A stretch of DNA of 64,000 nucleotides from Eubacteriales bacterium (lineage in GTDB: Bacteria; Bacillota; Clostridia; Christensenellales; Aristaeellaceae): contig JAVBOM010000083.1 of the NCBI GenBank assembly GCA_031550535.1, positions 1,366 through 65,365 of the forward strand. Direction: 5' to 3'. Shown here in pieces: positions 29,337 to 38,622 of the stretch. Made by a program: the position numbers and the translations under genes. The notes beneath the pieces were generated by a model. The model was given only the letters and a program-made list of their open reading frames with translations. It was not told the DNA's origin and ran no database searches. The first letter of the stretch is position 1; every line of letters starts with the position of its first letter.

Positions 29337-30231
29337 CCCGCACAGCCCCCTTCATGGATTTTCTGATCGTGCCGAGGTATTCCTTGAACCTTGGCGCGGA
29401 CAGCGCGACGACCACCGTCACCGCTGTGAACAGCTTCAGGTCGTTGGGCTGCATGCCCAGCTCCATCACCGCCGCGATGATCAGCCGGTACACAATCGCG
29501 CCGAACACGACGGACAGCAGCCGGACGTAGAAGTTCCGCCGCCCGAGCAGGACCTCGCCCACGATCAGCGACGCGAGGCCGATCACGATGGACCCGGTGC
29601 CCATCTGGATGTCCGCGAACGCCTGGCTCTGCGCGATCAGGGCGCCCGACAGCGCGACCAGCCCGTTGGAGAGCATCAGCCCCAGGATGATCATCGTGTC
29701 CGTGTGGATGCCCTGCGCGCGCACCATGTTCGGGTTGTTGCCCGTAGCGCGGATGGCGCTGCCCAGCTCCGTGCCGAAGAACCAATACAATAATGAAACA
29801 ATCGCGATGGCCAGCGCCGCGCCCACGGCGATCCACGCCCCGTACTTGGTCAGCCCCAGCGCCGTGACCGGCGTGAACACCGTGTCCATGCGCAGGATCG
29901 ACACGTTCGCCGACCCCATCACGCGCAGGTTCACCGACCACAGCGCGATCATCGTCAGGATGCCGGACAACAGCGCCGGGATTTTTAGCTTCGTATGCAG
30001 CAGACCGGTGACCAACCCCGCGCCAAGCCCGCACACCAGCGCCGCGCCCGTGGCGAGGAACGGGTTCGCGCCGCCCTTGATCAGCGCCGCGCACACCGCC
30101 CCGCCCAGCGTGATGCTCCCCTCCACGGTCAGGTCCGCGATGTCCAGGATGCGGTAGGTGATGTAGACACCGATGGTCATCACCGCCCAGAGAAGGCCGA
30201 GGGCGACAGCGCCCTGAAGAATTTGTCCCAT
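29329..30231 (-). CDS. ABC transporter permease
   Basis: About 300-aa polytopic ORF. ATG 30231 (MGQILQGAVALGLLW) overlaps the ATPase gene start region. Confidence 0.8.
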   Translation of the reverse strand: MGQILQGAVALGLLWAVMTIGVYITYRILDIADLTVEGSITLGGAVCAALIKGGANPFLATGAALVCGLGAGLVTGLLHTKLKIPALLSGILTMIALWSVNLRVMGSANVSILRMDTVFTPVTALGLTKYGAWIAVGAALAIAIVSLLYWFFGTELGSAIRATGNNPNMVRAQGIHTDTMIILGLMLSNGLVALSGALIAQSQAFADIQMGTGSIVIGLASLIVGEVLLGRRNFYVRLLSVVFGAIVYRLIIAAVMELGMQPNDLKLFTAVTVVVALSAPRFKEYLGTIRKSMKGAVRDA

Positions 30232-30259
30232 GATCTCACGCTCCGTATTTGTCCGCGTT

Positions 30260-30724
30260 TCAGTTTTGTTCGGTTTCCTCCGGGCCGGATTCCACCAGGG
30301 GTTCCCCGGCCCGCAGGACCTCCGCAACCCGGTCGATCAGCTTCGGCTGGATGAGCGGGTACGTCAGCGCGCCGGGTGTTTCGTCAAAGAGACCGATCCG
30401 CTCGATCTCTGTATCGGGCAGCGCGCCGAGCGCGGCGATATCCGCGTAGAAGAGCATCCCATGGCTCTCTGTCCCCCGTTGGACTGCGTACACGCATACC
30501 GGTTGTATTGCGAATTCCACGGCGCCCGTTTCCTCATACAGTTCTCGCTTCGCCGCGTCAAGCGCCGTTTCACCCGCTTCCCTGTGGCCGCCGGGCACCT
30601 CCCATGTGTTCCGCTCTTTGTGCTTGCAGAGGACCCATTGGCCCCGATAGCGCGAAACGATGACGGCGTATCGCAGCAGGGAATCGTCGATTTCGTCCGT
30701 TTCGTAAAACTTTACTTCCAGCAT
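30260..30724 (-). CDS. NUDIX hydrolase
   Basis: Nudix box GGHREAGETALDAAKRELYEETG. GGAGGAGG RBS. Confidence 0.85.
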   Translation of the reverse strand: MLEVKFYETDEIDDSLLRYAVIVSRYRGQWVLCKHKERNTWEVPGGHREAGETALDAAKRELYEETGAVEFAIQPVCVYAVQRGTESHGMLFYADIAALGALPDTEIERIGLFDETPGALTYPLIQPKLIDRVAEVLRAGEPLVESGPEETEQN

Positions 30725-30748
30725 GGTGCCCTCCTCCGTGAAACGCCC

Positions 30749-31723
30749 CTATTCCATCTCCACCGCGTACTGCTGCAGCTCCTCCGGAATCTCGTACCCG
30801 ATCTCCTTCGCGAATGTCGCGTTCACGCAGTAGTCGTACTCGGTCTGGCTCTCGACCGGCATGGTGCTCACGTCCAGGGTCGGATCGTTCAGCAGGCGCA
30901 CGGCCATCTCGCCGGTCTGGTAGCCCAGGTTGTAGTAGTTGATGCCCACGGTCATCAGGCCGCCCGCCTTCACCATGCCCGATTCGCCGCAGATCACGGG
31001 CTTCTTCGCGTCCACGGCCACGCCGTACACGATCGGCATGGAGGCCGCCAGCACATTGTCGGTCGGGATGTAGATCACGTCGCATAGTTTGGCGATGGCT
31101 TCGGTCGCCTGCTGCACTTCATTGGAGTTCGTCACGGTCTTTTCGACATACGCGTACCCCAGCGCCTCGATGCACTTCTTCGCTTCCTCCGCCTGCACGA
31201 CGGAATTGACCTCGCCGGAGTTGTACAGCACGCCGATGGTCTTGGCTTCCGGTGCGGCCAGCTTCACCAGGGCGATCTGGTCCGCGATGGACGCCAGGTC
31301 CGTCGTGCCGGAGACGTTGGTGCCCGGCGCTTCGTTGCTCTCGACCAGCCGCGCCTCCACGTAGTCCGTGATCGCGGTGCCCAGGATCGGGATGTCCGCC
31401 GTCTTGCCCGCGACGGCCAGCGCGGCGGGTGTCGCGATGGCCAGCACCAAATTCACATTCTTGCTGACAAACCGGTCCGCGATGGTCGACAGGTTCGCTT
31501 GGTCGCCCTGGCCGTTCTGGTAGTCGATGGCGACGTTCTCGCCGTCCACGTAGCCGCCGTCGGCCAGCGCGGCGACAAAGCCTTCGTAAGCGGCGTCAAG
31601 CGCCGCGTGCTGGATCATCTGGATGACGCCGATCTGGATGGGCTGCTCCGCGGCCAGCGCAAGCGGCGCGCAGGCGAGCGTCAAAACGAGTACGAGCGGC
31701 AAGATACGGCCTAGTGTTTTCAT
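30749..31723 (-). CDS. ABC transporter substrate-binding protein (ABC_sub_bind / COG2984-like)
   Basis: Signal peptide MKTLGRILPLVLVLTLACAPLALA. IGVIQMIQHAALD and VIYIPTDN motifs. ATG 31723 follows GAGGA. Confidence 0.8.
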   Translation of the reverse strand: MKTLGRILPLVLVLTLACAPLALAAEQPIQIGVIQMIQHAALDAAYEGFVAALADGGYVDGENVAIDYQNGQGDQANLSTIADRFVSKNVNLVLAIATPAALAVAGKTADIPILGTAITDYVEARLVESNEAPGTNVSGTTDLASIADQIALVKLAAPEAKTIGVLYNSGEVNSVVQAEEAKKCIEALGYAYVEKTVTNSNEVQQATEAIAKLCDVIYIPTDNVLAASMPIVYGVAVDAKKPVICGESGMVKAGGLMTVGINYYNLGYQTGEMAVRLLNDPTLDVSTMPVESQTEYDYCVNATFAKEIGYEIPEELQQYAVEME

Positions 31724-31766
31724 GGACAATTCCTCGCTTTCTTTTTGTAAACCGATAAAAATCTAT

Positions 31767-32045
31767 AAAAAAACGCCCCCTGCCACAACAGCAGAGGGCG
31801 GATATACCGCGGTACCACCTCTATCTCGCCCGTCAACCTATTCCAAGAAACAAGCCGACAAGCCTCACAGGGAGCCAACACCCCCGCTCGATGTAACGGT
31901 CGAACCCGGCGAGACCTAGAACCCGAATGGCTTCAGCCCGCAACTCCGGGGAAGAATTCGTCGCCCAGCCCCGCTTTCTCGCACCGCCCGAAAGCTCTCT
32001 GAAGGGACCTGCTGGCAACCACGATTCCCCGTCTAACGTTTTTTG
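31767..32045 (-). promoter_or_regulatory. T-box riboswitch leader of the ABC transporter operon
   Basis: Minus strand has an AGAGAG box (31995-32000), a GGTGCGA distal loop, the T-box sequence GAGGTGGTACCGCGG (31808-31819 core), and the terminator CGCCCTCTGC-loop-GCAGGGGGCG plus TTTTTTT (31767-31800). Confidence 0.8.
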
Positions 32046-32047
32046 CG

Positions 32048-32076
32048 ATTTTAGCACGCGTACTCGCGCTTGTCAA
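32048..32076 (-). promoter_or_regulatory. sigma-A promoter driving the T-box leader
   Basis: Minus strand reads TTGACA-N17-TAAAAT. Confidence 0.7.
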
Positions 32077-32293
32077 CCCCCTTTTGCAAGAAAATCTTTA
32101 GGCGGCATCATTTCCTTCACGGCCGCGCTGGTTTGGGAAATCGGGCGGGGCTGGGACTTCCGAATCAACGCCATCAAGGAGATGCGCGAGAAATCCCAAC
32201 CTTGGCCGCGTGCCTTGCCTCCGCGCCCTGCTTCCCGTATAATGTCCCCGTCATCAAATACACGCGGCTGCGCGGCGCGAAGGAGCAAAAAAC

Positions 32294-33253
32294 GTGATAG
32301 ACGCGGAGTTCAAAACAATACTGCAAGAAGCATTCGGCATCACGGCGCTGAGGATCGAAAAGGAGGCGCGCGCGGGCTGGTCCGCGGACGCGTACAAAGT
32401 GTTCGCCGCCGGGGGCAACTACTTTTTCAAGGTCTATGACAAGACCCTTGTCGCCGTCCGGCCGTGGATCGCGCGGATTGACGCCTACACGCCCGCGCTG
32501 CGCTGGCTCGCGCGGCAGGATGATCTGGCGCGCCGCGTCGTGCAGCCAGTGTCCACGCGGGATGGCGGCTACAAATACGAGGACGCGCGCCATGTGTATC
32601 TGGTATATCGCTACATCGAGGGCCAGACGGTCGGCAAAACCGGGCTGACCGCGACGGAAACGGCGGCGCTGGCCGAGGCCGTGGCCGCGCTGCACGGCTA
32701 CGGCGCGGAAATCCCCGTCCCGACGGACGCGCTGATCGAGGATACGTCCATGTTCTTCTGCACCGGCTTGATGGAGTATCTACAGGACTGTCAGCCGGAC
32801 CGGGACGCCGCCGCCGCGCTTCTGCTTCCGCACAGGGAAATGCTTATGGAAGCCGCGAACCGGACGCTTTCGCTCCGCGACGAGGTGCGCGCGGGCACTG
32901 CCCCCCTGGTGCTGTGCCACACGGACCTGCACGGCTGGAACCTGATGCGCGCGAACGGCGATTTGTTGCTGATCGACTGGGAGGGGCTGTGCCTCGCCCC
33001 ACCGGAAGCGGATCTGTTCATGTTCGCGGGCTGGCCACAGTGGGAGGCCTTCCTGGACGCTTACGGGCGCGCGCGCCCGGAGTTTCGGCTGAACCCCAAA
33101 ATGCTCGCGTTCTACCTGATCCGCCGCCAAGTGGAGGACCTGTGGGCCGACGTGACGCAGCTTCTGTACGACGCGCCGGACGCCGAAACGGCCGCTGCCG
33201 CCCAGGAATTGATCCGGATAAACCTGGCAAGGACGGAGACAATGCTTCTGTAG
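32294..33253 (+). CDS. aminoglycoside/choline-kinase-fold phosphotransferase (APH family)
   Basis: Catalytic loop LCHTDLHGWNLM and LIDWEG motif. GTG start. Confidence 0.75.
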   Translation: MIDAEFKTILQEAFGITALRIEKEARAGWSADAYKVFAAGGNYFFKVYDKTLVAVRPWIARIDAYTPALRWLARQDDLARRVVQPVSTRDGGYKYEDARHVYLVYRYIEGQTVGKTGLTATETAALAEAVAALHGYGAEIPVPTDALIEDTSMFFCTGLMEYLQDCQPDRDAAAALLLPHREMLMEAANRTLSLRDEVRAGTAPLVLCHTDLHGWNLMRANGDLLLIDWEGLCLAPPEADLFMFAGWPQWEAFLDAYGRARPEFRLNPKMLAFYLIRRQVEDLWADVTQLLYDAPDAETAAAAQELIRINLARTETMLL

Positions 33254-33367
33254 GCCGCTGCGCGGGCGCACTTTTTCGCCCAAACCGTCCGTTTTGTCAG
33301 AAATTTCATTGAATAGCGCCTTTGCACATTTGCCGGCATGGTGTATAATGGTCTGGACCCCTTCACA

Positions 33368-33410
33368 GCAGGGATTTTCATGGCTCGGAATCCAGGTTCC
33401 CCGCCGTCGT
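33368..33410 (+). repeat. R63 repeat, divergent subfamily fragment
   Basis: gcagggattttcatggctcggaatccaggttccccgccgtcgtc resembles the 11884-11941 variant. Confidence 0.5.
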
Positions 33411-33431
33411 CACTGAAAGAGAGGCCCCTAC

Positions 33432-34289
33432 ATGCAGCAGCTATGGCAGCAGCTCTCGAGCCTGCTTTGGAGCATCATAAGCCGCCCGACGATCGCCGAC
33501 ATCCTCGACATCATCATCGTGGCCTTTTTGCTCTACAAACTGCTCATGCTCACGCGCGATACGCGCGCCTCCCAGGTGCTAAAGGGGCTCGGCGTCCTGT
33601 TCATCCTGTACTGGGCCAGCGACTGGCTCGGGTTCAAGGCGCTGAACTGGATTTTGAACATGGTGGTCAACAGCGGCGCGGTCGTCATTGTCGTCCTGTT
33701 CCAAAATGAGCTGCGCCGCGCGCTGGAACAGATTGGCCGCGCGGGCTCCACACGGCTGGACCGCATTAGGTCCGGCGAGAGCCGACGATTGCAGGATCAC
33801 ATCGTGTCCGAGCTGATCGGCGCCATGCAGAACCTTTCCCGCCGCCGCGTCGGCGCGCTGATCGTCATTGAGCAGCAAACGGGCCTGCAGGACGTGATCG
33901 AGAGCGGCTCGCACATCGACGCCGAAATTTCCGCCCCGCTCATTGAGAATATCTTTGAGCCGAACACCCCGCTGCACGACGGGGCAATGATCATTCGCGG
34001 CCACCGCATCGAGGCCGCCGCGTGCATCCTGACCCTGAGCGAGGACACCGGCATCAGCCGGGAACTCGGCACGCGCCACCGCGCCGCGCTCGGCGTGTCC
34101 GAAACGACCGACTGCGTCGCCCTGATCGTCTCGGAGGAGACGGGCATCATCTCCATGGCGCGCGGCGGGCGGCTGACCCGCCACCTGGACGCCCGTTCGC
34201 TCAGGCAGATTCTGGAGGAGATATACGGCGGCGAGGGCAATACGAACCTGCTCTCCCTGCTGCTGACCAAGCGCAAGCCCAAGAAGTAG
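33432..34289 (+). CDS. cdaA: diadenylate cyclase CdaA
   Basis: Three N-terminal TM helices plus a DAC domain (GALIVIE, PLHDGAMII, LGTRHRAALG). The TAG stop at 34287-34289 lies in the first R63 unit. Confidence 0.9.
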   Translation: MQQLWQQLSSLLWSIISRPTIADILDIIIVAFLLYKLLMLTRDTRASQVLKGLGVLFILYWASDWLGFKALNWILNMVVNSGAVVIVVLFQNELRRALEQIGRAGSTRLDRIRSGESRRLQDHIVSELIGAMQNLSRRRVGALIVIEQQTGLQDVIESGSHIDAEISAPLIENIFEPNTPLHDGAMIIRGHRIEAAACILTLSEDTGISRELGTRHRAALGVSETTDCVALIVSEETGIISMARGGRLTRHLDARSLRQILEEIYGGEGNTNLLSLLLTKRKPKK

Positions 34290-34471
34290 GGATTTCTGGC
34301 GAAATCCCCTTATGGCGCCCGATTGTTCCAATCAGCGCCGCCGTCGAAGTAGGGATTTCTGACGAAATCCCCTCATGGCGCCCGATTGTTCCAATCAGCG
34401 CCGCCGTCGAAGTAGGGATTTCTGACGAAATCCCCTTATGGCGCCTGATTGTTCCAATCAGCGCCGCCGTC
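34283..34471 (+). repeat. three head-to-tail R63 units with an exact 63-bp period
   Basis: Units at 34283-34345, 34346-34408 and 34409-34471, each gaagtagggatttctg(g/a)cgaaatcccct(t/c)atggcgcc(c/t)gattgttccaatcagcgccgccgtc. Confidence 0.95.
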
Positions 34472-34513
34472 AAGGCAAGGCGCAGGCACTAGACTTTTTC
34501 CGTTGGAGGCACT

Positions 34514-35833
34514 ATGCAGCCCGAACTTCAAGACAACAAGCCCGTACGGTCGCTGTTCCGGCGCGTTTGGGACGCGCTGAGCCGCCGCCCGTTCACCAAA
34601 CTGGCGGCGCTGCTGCTTGCCTTCATTTTCTGGGCCGTCGTCATCGCGTCCGACCCCGCGCTCACCATCGAGAAAATCATTACGGACGCGACGGTGACCG
34701 TTTCCAGCACCGTTGCGCTCGAAAACCGGGGCTACATTGTCATGAAGGACCTGACCGCCGAGCCGATCACCGTCAAGCTGCGCGTGGAGGTCAAGCAGGG
34801 CGATTACGAGCGCGCCACGGCGCAGAGCTTCTCCCCGAGGCTCGACCTGTCCCAGATCAACGGCACGGGCACGTTTGACGTGAAGTTCTCCGCCTACTCG
34901 GACCTTGGCAAGGTGCTGTCCATCGAGCCGGAAACCATCCGGCTGGAGGTGGACGCGTACACGCCGCCGACGCGCGTGCCCGTGGTGATCGAGCAGTCCG
35001 GTGACCCTTCCGAGCCCATCTGGTTCGCCGATCCCACGTCCGACCCGCGTCAGGTGTACGTCAGTGGCCCGAAATCGCTGGTCGACCGCATCAATCGCGC
35101 GGCGGTCACACTGCCGGTGGCCAGCCTGTCCGCGGAGCGCCCCAGCGACAACCTGACGCTGCCCATCACGCTGCGGGATGAAAGCGGCCAGGCCGTTTCC
35201 TCCCCGCTGCTGCGTGTGACCAACGAATCGGTCAATATCGATTTTGTCAACCTGCACGTGGACGTGTATCCCGTCCGCGACATCCCCATCAGCCTGGACA
35301 CCGCCTACACAGGCGTCCCGGCGCACGGCTACGCGGTGGGCGATGTGACGCTCTCCCCCGCCACGGTGCAGGTCGCGGCCAAAAAGGACGTGCTGGACGC
35401 GCTGGAGGCCCTGCACCTGTCCACACCGCCGGATATCTCCGGACAGAGCGCCGCCCAGATCATCACATCGTCCATCAAGGGGCTGACTGGAATGGCGCAC
35501 GTCTCCGCCAGCGAGGCGGAGCTGAAGGTTGACATCGTGCCCGCGCAGCACACCCACACCTATGGCGACCTGCCCGTGACGACCATGGGCGCCGCGGCGG
35601 GACTGACGGCCACGCTGAGCCGGGAGTCCATGAGCGCGGTCATCAGCGGGGCGTACCAGGCGGTGGAGCCGCTGAAGCCGGGCGACCTGCACCTGTACGT
35701 GGACGCTACGGGCCTTGGCGAGGGCCAGCACACCGTGGACGTGAAGATCCGCGTGGACGGCACGGATGCCTACACATTCGAGCCCGAGGCGGCGGAGCTG
35801 CTGCTCACCCTGACGAAGGCCGGCGGAAGTTGA
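34514..35833 (+). CDS. cdaR: CdaR (YbbR-domain regulator of CdaA)
   Basis: 439 aa. N-terminal TM helix followed by repeated YbbR-like beta-rich modules. Sits directly downstream of cdaA. Confidence 0.8.
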   Translation: MQPELQDNKPVRSLFRRVWDALSRRPFTKLAALLLAFIFWAVVIASDPALTIEKIITDATVTVSSTVALENRGYIVMKDLTAEPITVKLRVEVKQGDYERATAQSFSPRLDLSQINGTGTFDVKFSAYSDLGKVLSIEPETIRLEVDAYTPPTRVPVVIEQSGDPSEPIWFADPTSDPRQVYVSGPKSLVDRINRAAVTLPVASLSAERPSDNLTLPITLRDESGQAVSSPLLRVTNESVNIDFVNLHVDVYPVRDIPISLDTAYTGVPAHGYAVGDVTLSPATVQVAAKKDVLDALEALHLSTPPDISGQSAAQIITSSIKGLTGMAHVSASEAELKVDIVPAQHTHTYGDLPVTTMGAAAGLTATLSRESMSAVISGAYQAVEPLKPGDLHLYVDATGLGEGQHTVDVKIRVDGTDAYTFEPEAAELLLTLTKAGGS

Positions 35834-35850
35834 ACCAAGAAGTTCCGCAT

Positions 35851-36053
35851 GAAGTAGGGATTCCTGGCGGAAGCACCTCGGTATTGTCGCGCTGGCTGCC
35901 TGGCCTTGTCGCGCTCGCCCTTCGGCCGATCACTCTGTGCCGCAGGGCACCTTCGGGTCGCTGTATCGCCCACTGGGCGCGCTTCCCTTCGGTGTTGGCG
36001 GGCGCTTCCCTCCGGTACCCCTTATGGCGCCCGATTCTGTGAATCAGCGCCCC
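35851..36053 (+). repeat. R63 copy split by a 144-bp insertion in hairpin 1
   Basis: gaagtagggattcctggcggaa (35851-35872), then the insert (35873-36016), then acccct-tatggcgcccgattctgtgaatcagcgcc (36017-36053). Confidence 0.75.
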
Positions 36054-36179
36054 ATCATTGAATCATTTTTCCATTCCCAATCGTTCTTATGGACAGACAG
36101 CACAGATACGTTAGGGTGCTTACACGCGCTTTGTCGGCGGCAGGACTTTTCCCTGCGCCGTTTGCAGAGGGGGGATACA

Positions 36180-37472
36180 ATGTCCGGGATCGGCGAATTC
36201 GCCTACACCGTGCTTTTGGGCTGGATGCGCGCCGTGTTCGACTGGATATGGCTGATGGTTTCCGGCCGGGGCGGCAGCGGCGGCTGGCAGTGGTTTTTGT
36301 CCAACTGGAAAATATGGCTGGTCATTCTGCTGGTCGGCGGCCTGGCGGTCGACTGGCTGATGTGGGTTGTCCGCTGGCGGCCGTACCGCCTGCTCTGGGG
36401 CCGCTTTCACCGGGCAACGGCGAACGGCGCGCAGGCGGGCGACGACGCGTGGGACGACGGCACCGGCTATTATGAGCAGGAGACCGCCGCGGACAGCGAG
36501 CCCGCTGAGTGGACGGACATGACGCTGCGCACGCTCTCGGAAATTGACCCGAACTGGTCCGGCGATGTGGTCATCGATGACACGACGGGCTACGCCGAGC
36601 CGGAAAACGGCTATTACGGGGATGAAGCCGAAGAAGAGGAGACGCTGGGCACTCATGCCGGCGGCGGGGCCGATGCGGGCTACTGGGCGGAGACGCCGGA
36701 CGAGGCCGACCCCTTTGACGCATACGACGAAGAACCCGCGCAACAGCCGCAGCGGGCCGCGCCGGCCTACGCGGACAATGGCTACTACGAGGACGAGGGC
36801 GACTACGGCGAAGCGGACGCCGCCGCCTACGCGGAACAAGAACCCGTGTACGATGACGAAAATCTGTACGCGGAGGAACCCGCCGAGGACGCGCCCACTG
36901 TACCCCAGGCGGAACAAACGATGCAGTACGGCCGCCCCGGCCTGTGGCCAGGCGCGTTCCCCTTTGCCGCGCAGGAGGACGACGGGGACGACGAACCTGC
37001 GCCCGAGGATGCGCAGGTGTCCTATGAGGAGCCACAGTACTACACGGACGAGGAACCGTTTGACGCGCCGCCTGTGGAGACAGCGCCCGCGCGGGACACA
37101 GGGGGACGCCGGAGAAGGCGGCGGCAGGGCGGCGAGATCGTCGAAGGGCACTTCGACAATGCCGCGTATGACTTTGACCTCCCCACGCCCCAGCGTGGCG
37201 CGCGCCCCGCGCCGCCCCAGGACGACCGCCCGGTCCGCCTGGTGCAGCCCTCGCGGGAAGCGCCGCCGGAGCAACCCCGCAGCGGCAGGCGCGACATCGT
37301 GCGCACTGTCACTGGCAAGCCCGCCAAGCGCCGGGGGTTCATGCGCTTCAGCTCCTCCGAGGATGAGCCGATCTCCGGCCTGCCGCCGCTGAACCTGGAT
37401 GATCCGTTCCTGCCCCCGGCGTTGCCGGACAACAATCCGGACTTTATGGCGGACGACGACGACAACCTTTGA
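36180..37472 (+). CDS. hypothetical membrane protein with a long acidic Y/E/D/A/P-rich tail
   Basis: ATG 36180 follows AGAGGGGGGA. Two TM helices (WKIWLVILLVGGLAVDWLMWVV), then a low-complexity region. Confidence 0.55.
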   Translation: MSGIGEFAYTVLLGWMRAVFDWIWLMVSGRGGSGGWQWFLSNWKIWLVILLVGGLAVDWLMWVVRWRPYRLLWGRFHRATANGAQAGDDAWDDGTGYYEQETAADSEPAEWTDMTLRTLSEIDPNWSGDVVIDDTTGYAEPENGYYGDEAEEEETLGTHAGGGADAGYWAETPDEADPFDAYDEEPAQQPQRAAPAYADNGYYEDEGDYGEADAAAYAEQEPVYDDENLYAEEPAEDAPTVPQAEQTMQYGRPGLWPGAFPFAAQEDDGDDEPAPEDAQVSYEEPQYYTDEEPFDAPPVETAPARDTGGRRRRRRQGGEIVEGHFDNAAYDFDLPTPQRGARPAPPQDDRPVRLVQPSREAPPEQPRSGRRDIVRTVTGKPAKRRGFMRFSSSEDEPISGLPPLNLDDPFLPPALPDNNPDFMADDDDNL

Positions 37473-37523
37473 CACCAATAAGAATGGCGGCGAAGCCGAA
37501 AGGCATCGCCGCCATCGCATTTT

Positions 37524-37587
37524 AGAGGTAGAGATTTCTTGCGGAATCCCTTTATGGCGGTTGACTCTTCGAATCAGCACCGCCGTC
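37524..37587 (+). repeat. R63 repeat copy
   Basis: agaggtagagatttcttgcggaatccctttatggcggttgactcttcgaatcagcaccgccgtc. Confidence 0.85.
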
Positions 37588-37612
37588 CTGGCTGCGTTGT
37601 CTCCCGGCTTCG

Positions 37613-38365
37613 TTATTTCACCAGTACACTGACATACGGGATCAGGCTGGCGGCTCCTGCCATGCCATACGCCTGCGGCTCGTTGTCCATCGTTCCATTG
37701 GCGGCCAGGACGTTGAGCAGCGTGCTGGATACTCCGGCCGTGATCTCATTGTCACCCTCTACCAGCAGCGCCGAAATATCAACCACTGGGTTATCGATAT
37801 CAACAGCGGCGGCCTTCACGCCATTGACATACACCGCGGCGCTGGCGCCGTTTGTCGAGCCGATGTCAAGCAGCCAGCCGGTCGCGCCCGTGTTCGTCAG
37901 GGTCACCGTGCTGGTGTAGTATCCGACGCCCGAGACGCCGCTGCCCACGGCCTCGGTCTCGCTCCATGGCACCAGGCTCACTCCGCCCGCGTCAATCATG
38001 GTTTTTTGTGTGGCAATGTAGACCTCCGCCATCTCATAGCCCAAGCCGCGATCCTCGGTGATGTACGTTTTCTCGCCCTCGGTGAAGCTTTCGAACGTCA
38101 GGTTCCCGGTCGGCAAGTCAATCACACTTGGCACCTCGATCGCGCTGACGACAGTGCTTCCGTCCGACAGAAGCGTCTCATACGCGCCGGTTTCAGTTAC
38201 GACAATGTACGGGTTTTCTCCATCCACGTAGGCGGATGCGGCGTTCGTGCCCGTCGCCCATACGGCGTTTGTTTTGTCCTTGGCGATGGCGAAGAACGTC
38301 ATCTCGTCTGAATCAAGCGCATTGTCGATGCTGGCGCGCCCATCCTCCACGGCGTAAACTGGCAA
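37613..38365 (-). pseudogene. probable C-terminal remnant of a larger secreted glycoside-hydrolase-like protein
   Basis: No ATG, RBS or signal peptide, and the frame opens right after a TAA. YYTSTVTL...GWLLDIGS...AAVYVNG recalls C-terminal jelly-roll domains of large glycosidases. Confidence 0.35.
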
Positions 38366-38574
38366 TTCTCTACTGACGATGCGCGCATCAAGCTTCGTAG
38401 ATTATACCCGTGTGTTTCAGTGACGCGTGATACTAGGGCAGAACCTTGAAGGCGCTGAATATTCGCGCAAACGCGCGGTGAACCTGCCCGCCGGTCAATG
38501 TCATGCCCGACACGGGCGCATGAAACTGATCATTTGCGCTGTATTGATCGGGCATGTGCCGCCACCTTCGTGCG

Positions 38575-38622
38575 GCAGGGATTTCTGACGGAATCCCCTG
38601 ACGCCGCCTGATCTCCACCAAA
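38575..38622 (+). repeat. degenerate R63 fragment
   Basis: gcagggatttctgacggaatcccctgacgccgcctgatctccaccaaagg. Confidence 0.55.

Noticed and set aside
32118-32151. cacggccgcgctggtttgggaaatcgggcggggc looks like a decayed R63 core just upstream of the T-box promoter.
   Set aside because: Only the core half is recognisable, with many mismatches and no hairpin-1 module. It is too weak to call as a copy without a profile search.
34283-34471. Regular 63-bp periodic repeat that could be mistaken for a CRISPR array.
   Set aside because: The units abut directly with no unique spacers. The unit is the dispersed R63 element found all over the window. No cas genes are present.
36480-37472. Acidic Y/E/D/A/P-rich region of ORF 36180..37472 as a possible DNA-level tandem repeat or intrinsically repetitive element.
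   Set aside because: I could find no exact nucleotide periodicity. It looks like compositional low complexity in a protein tail rather than a repeat array.
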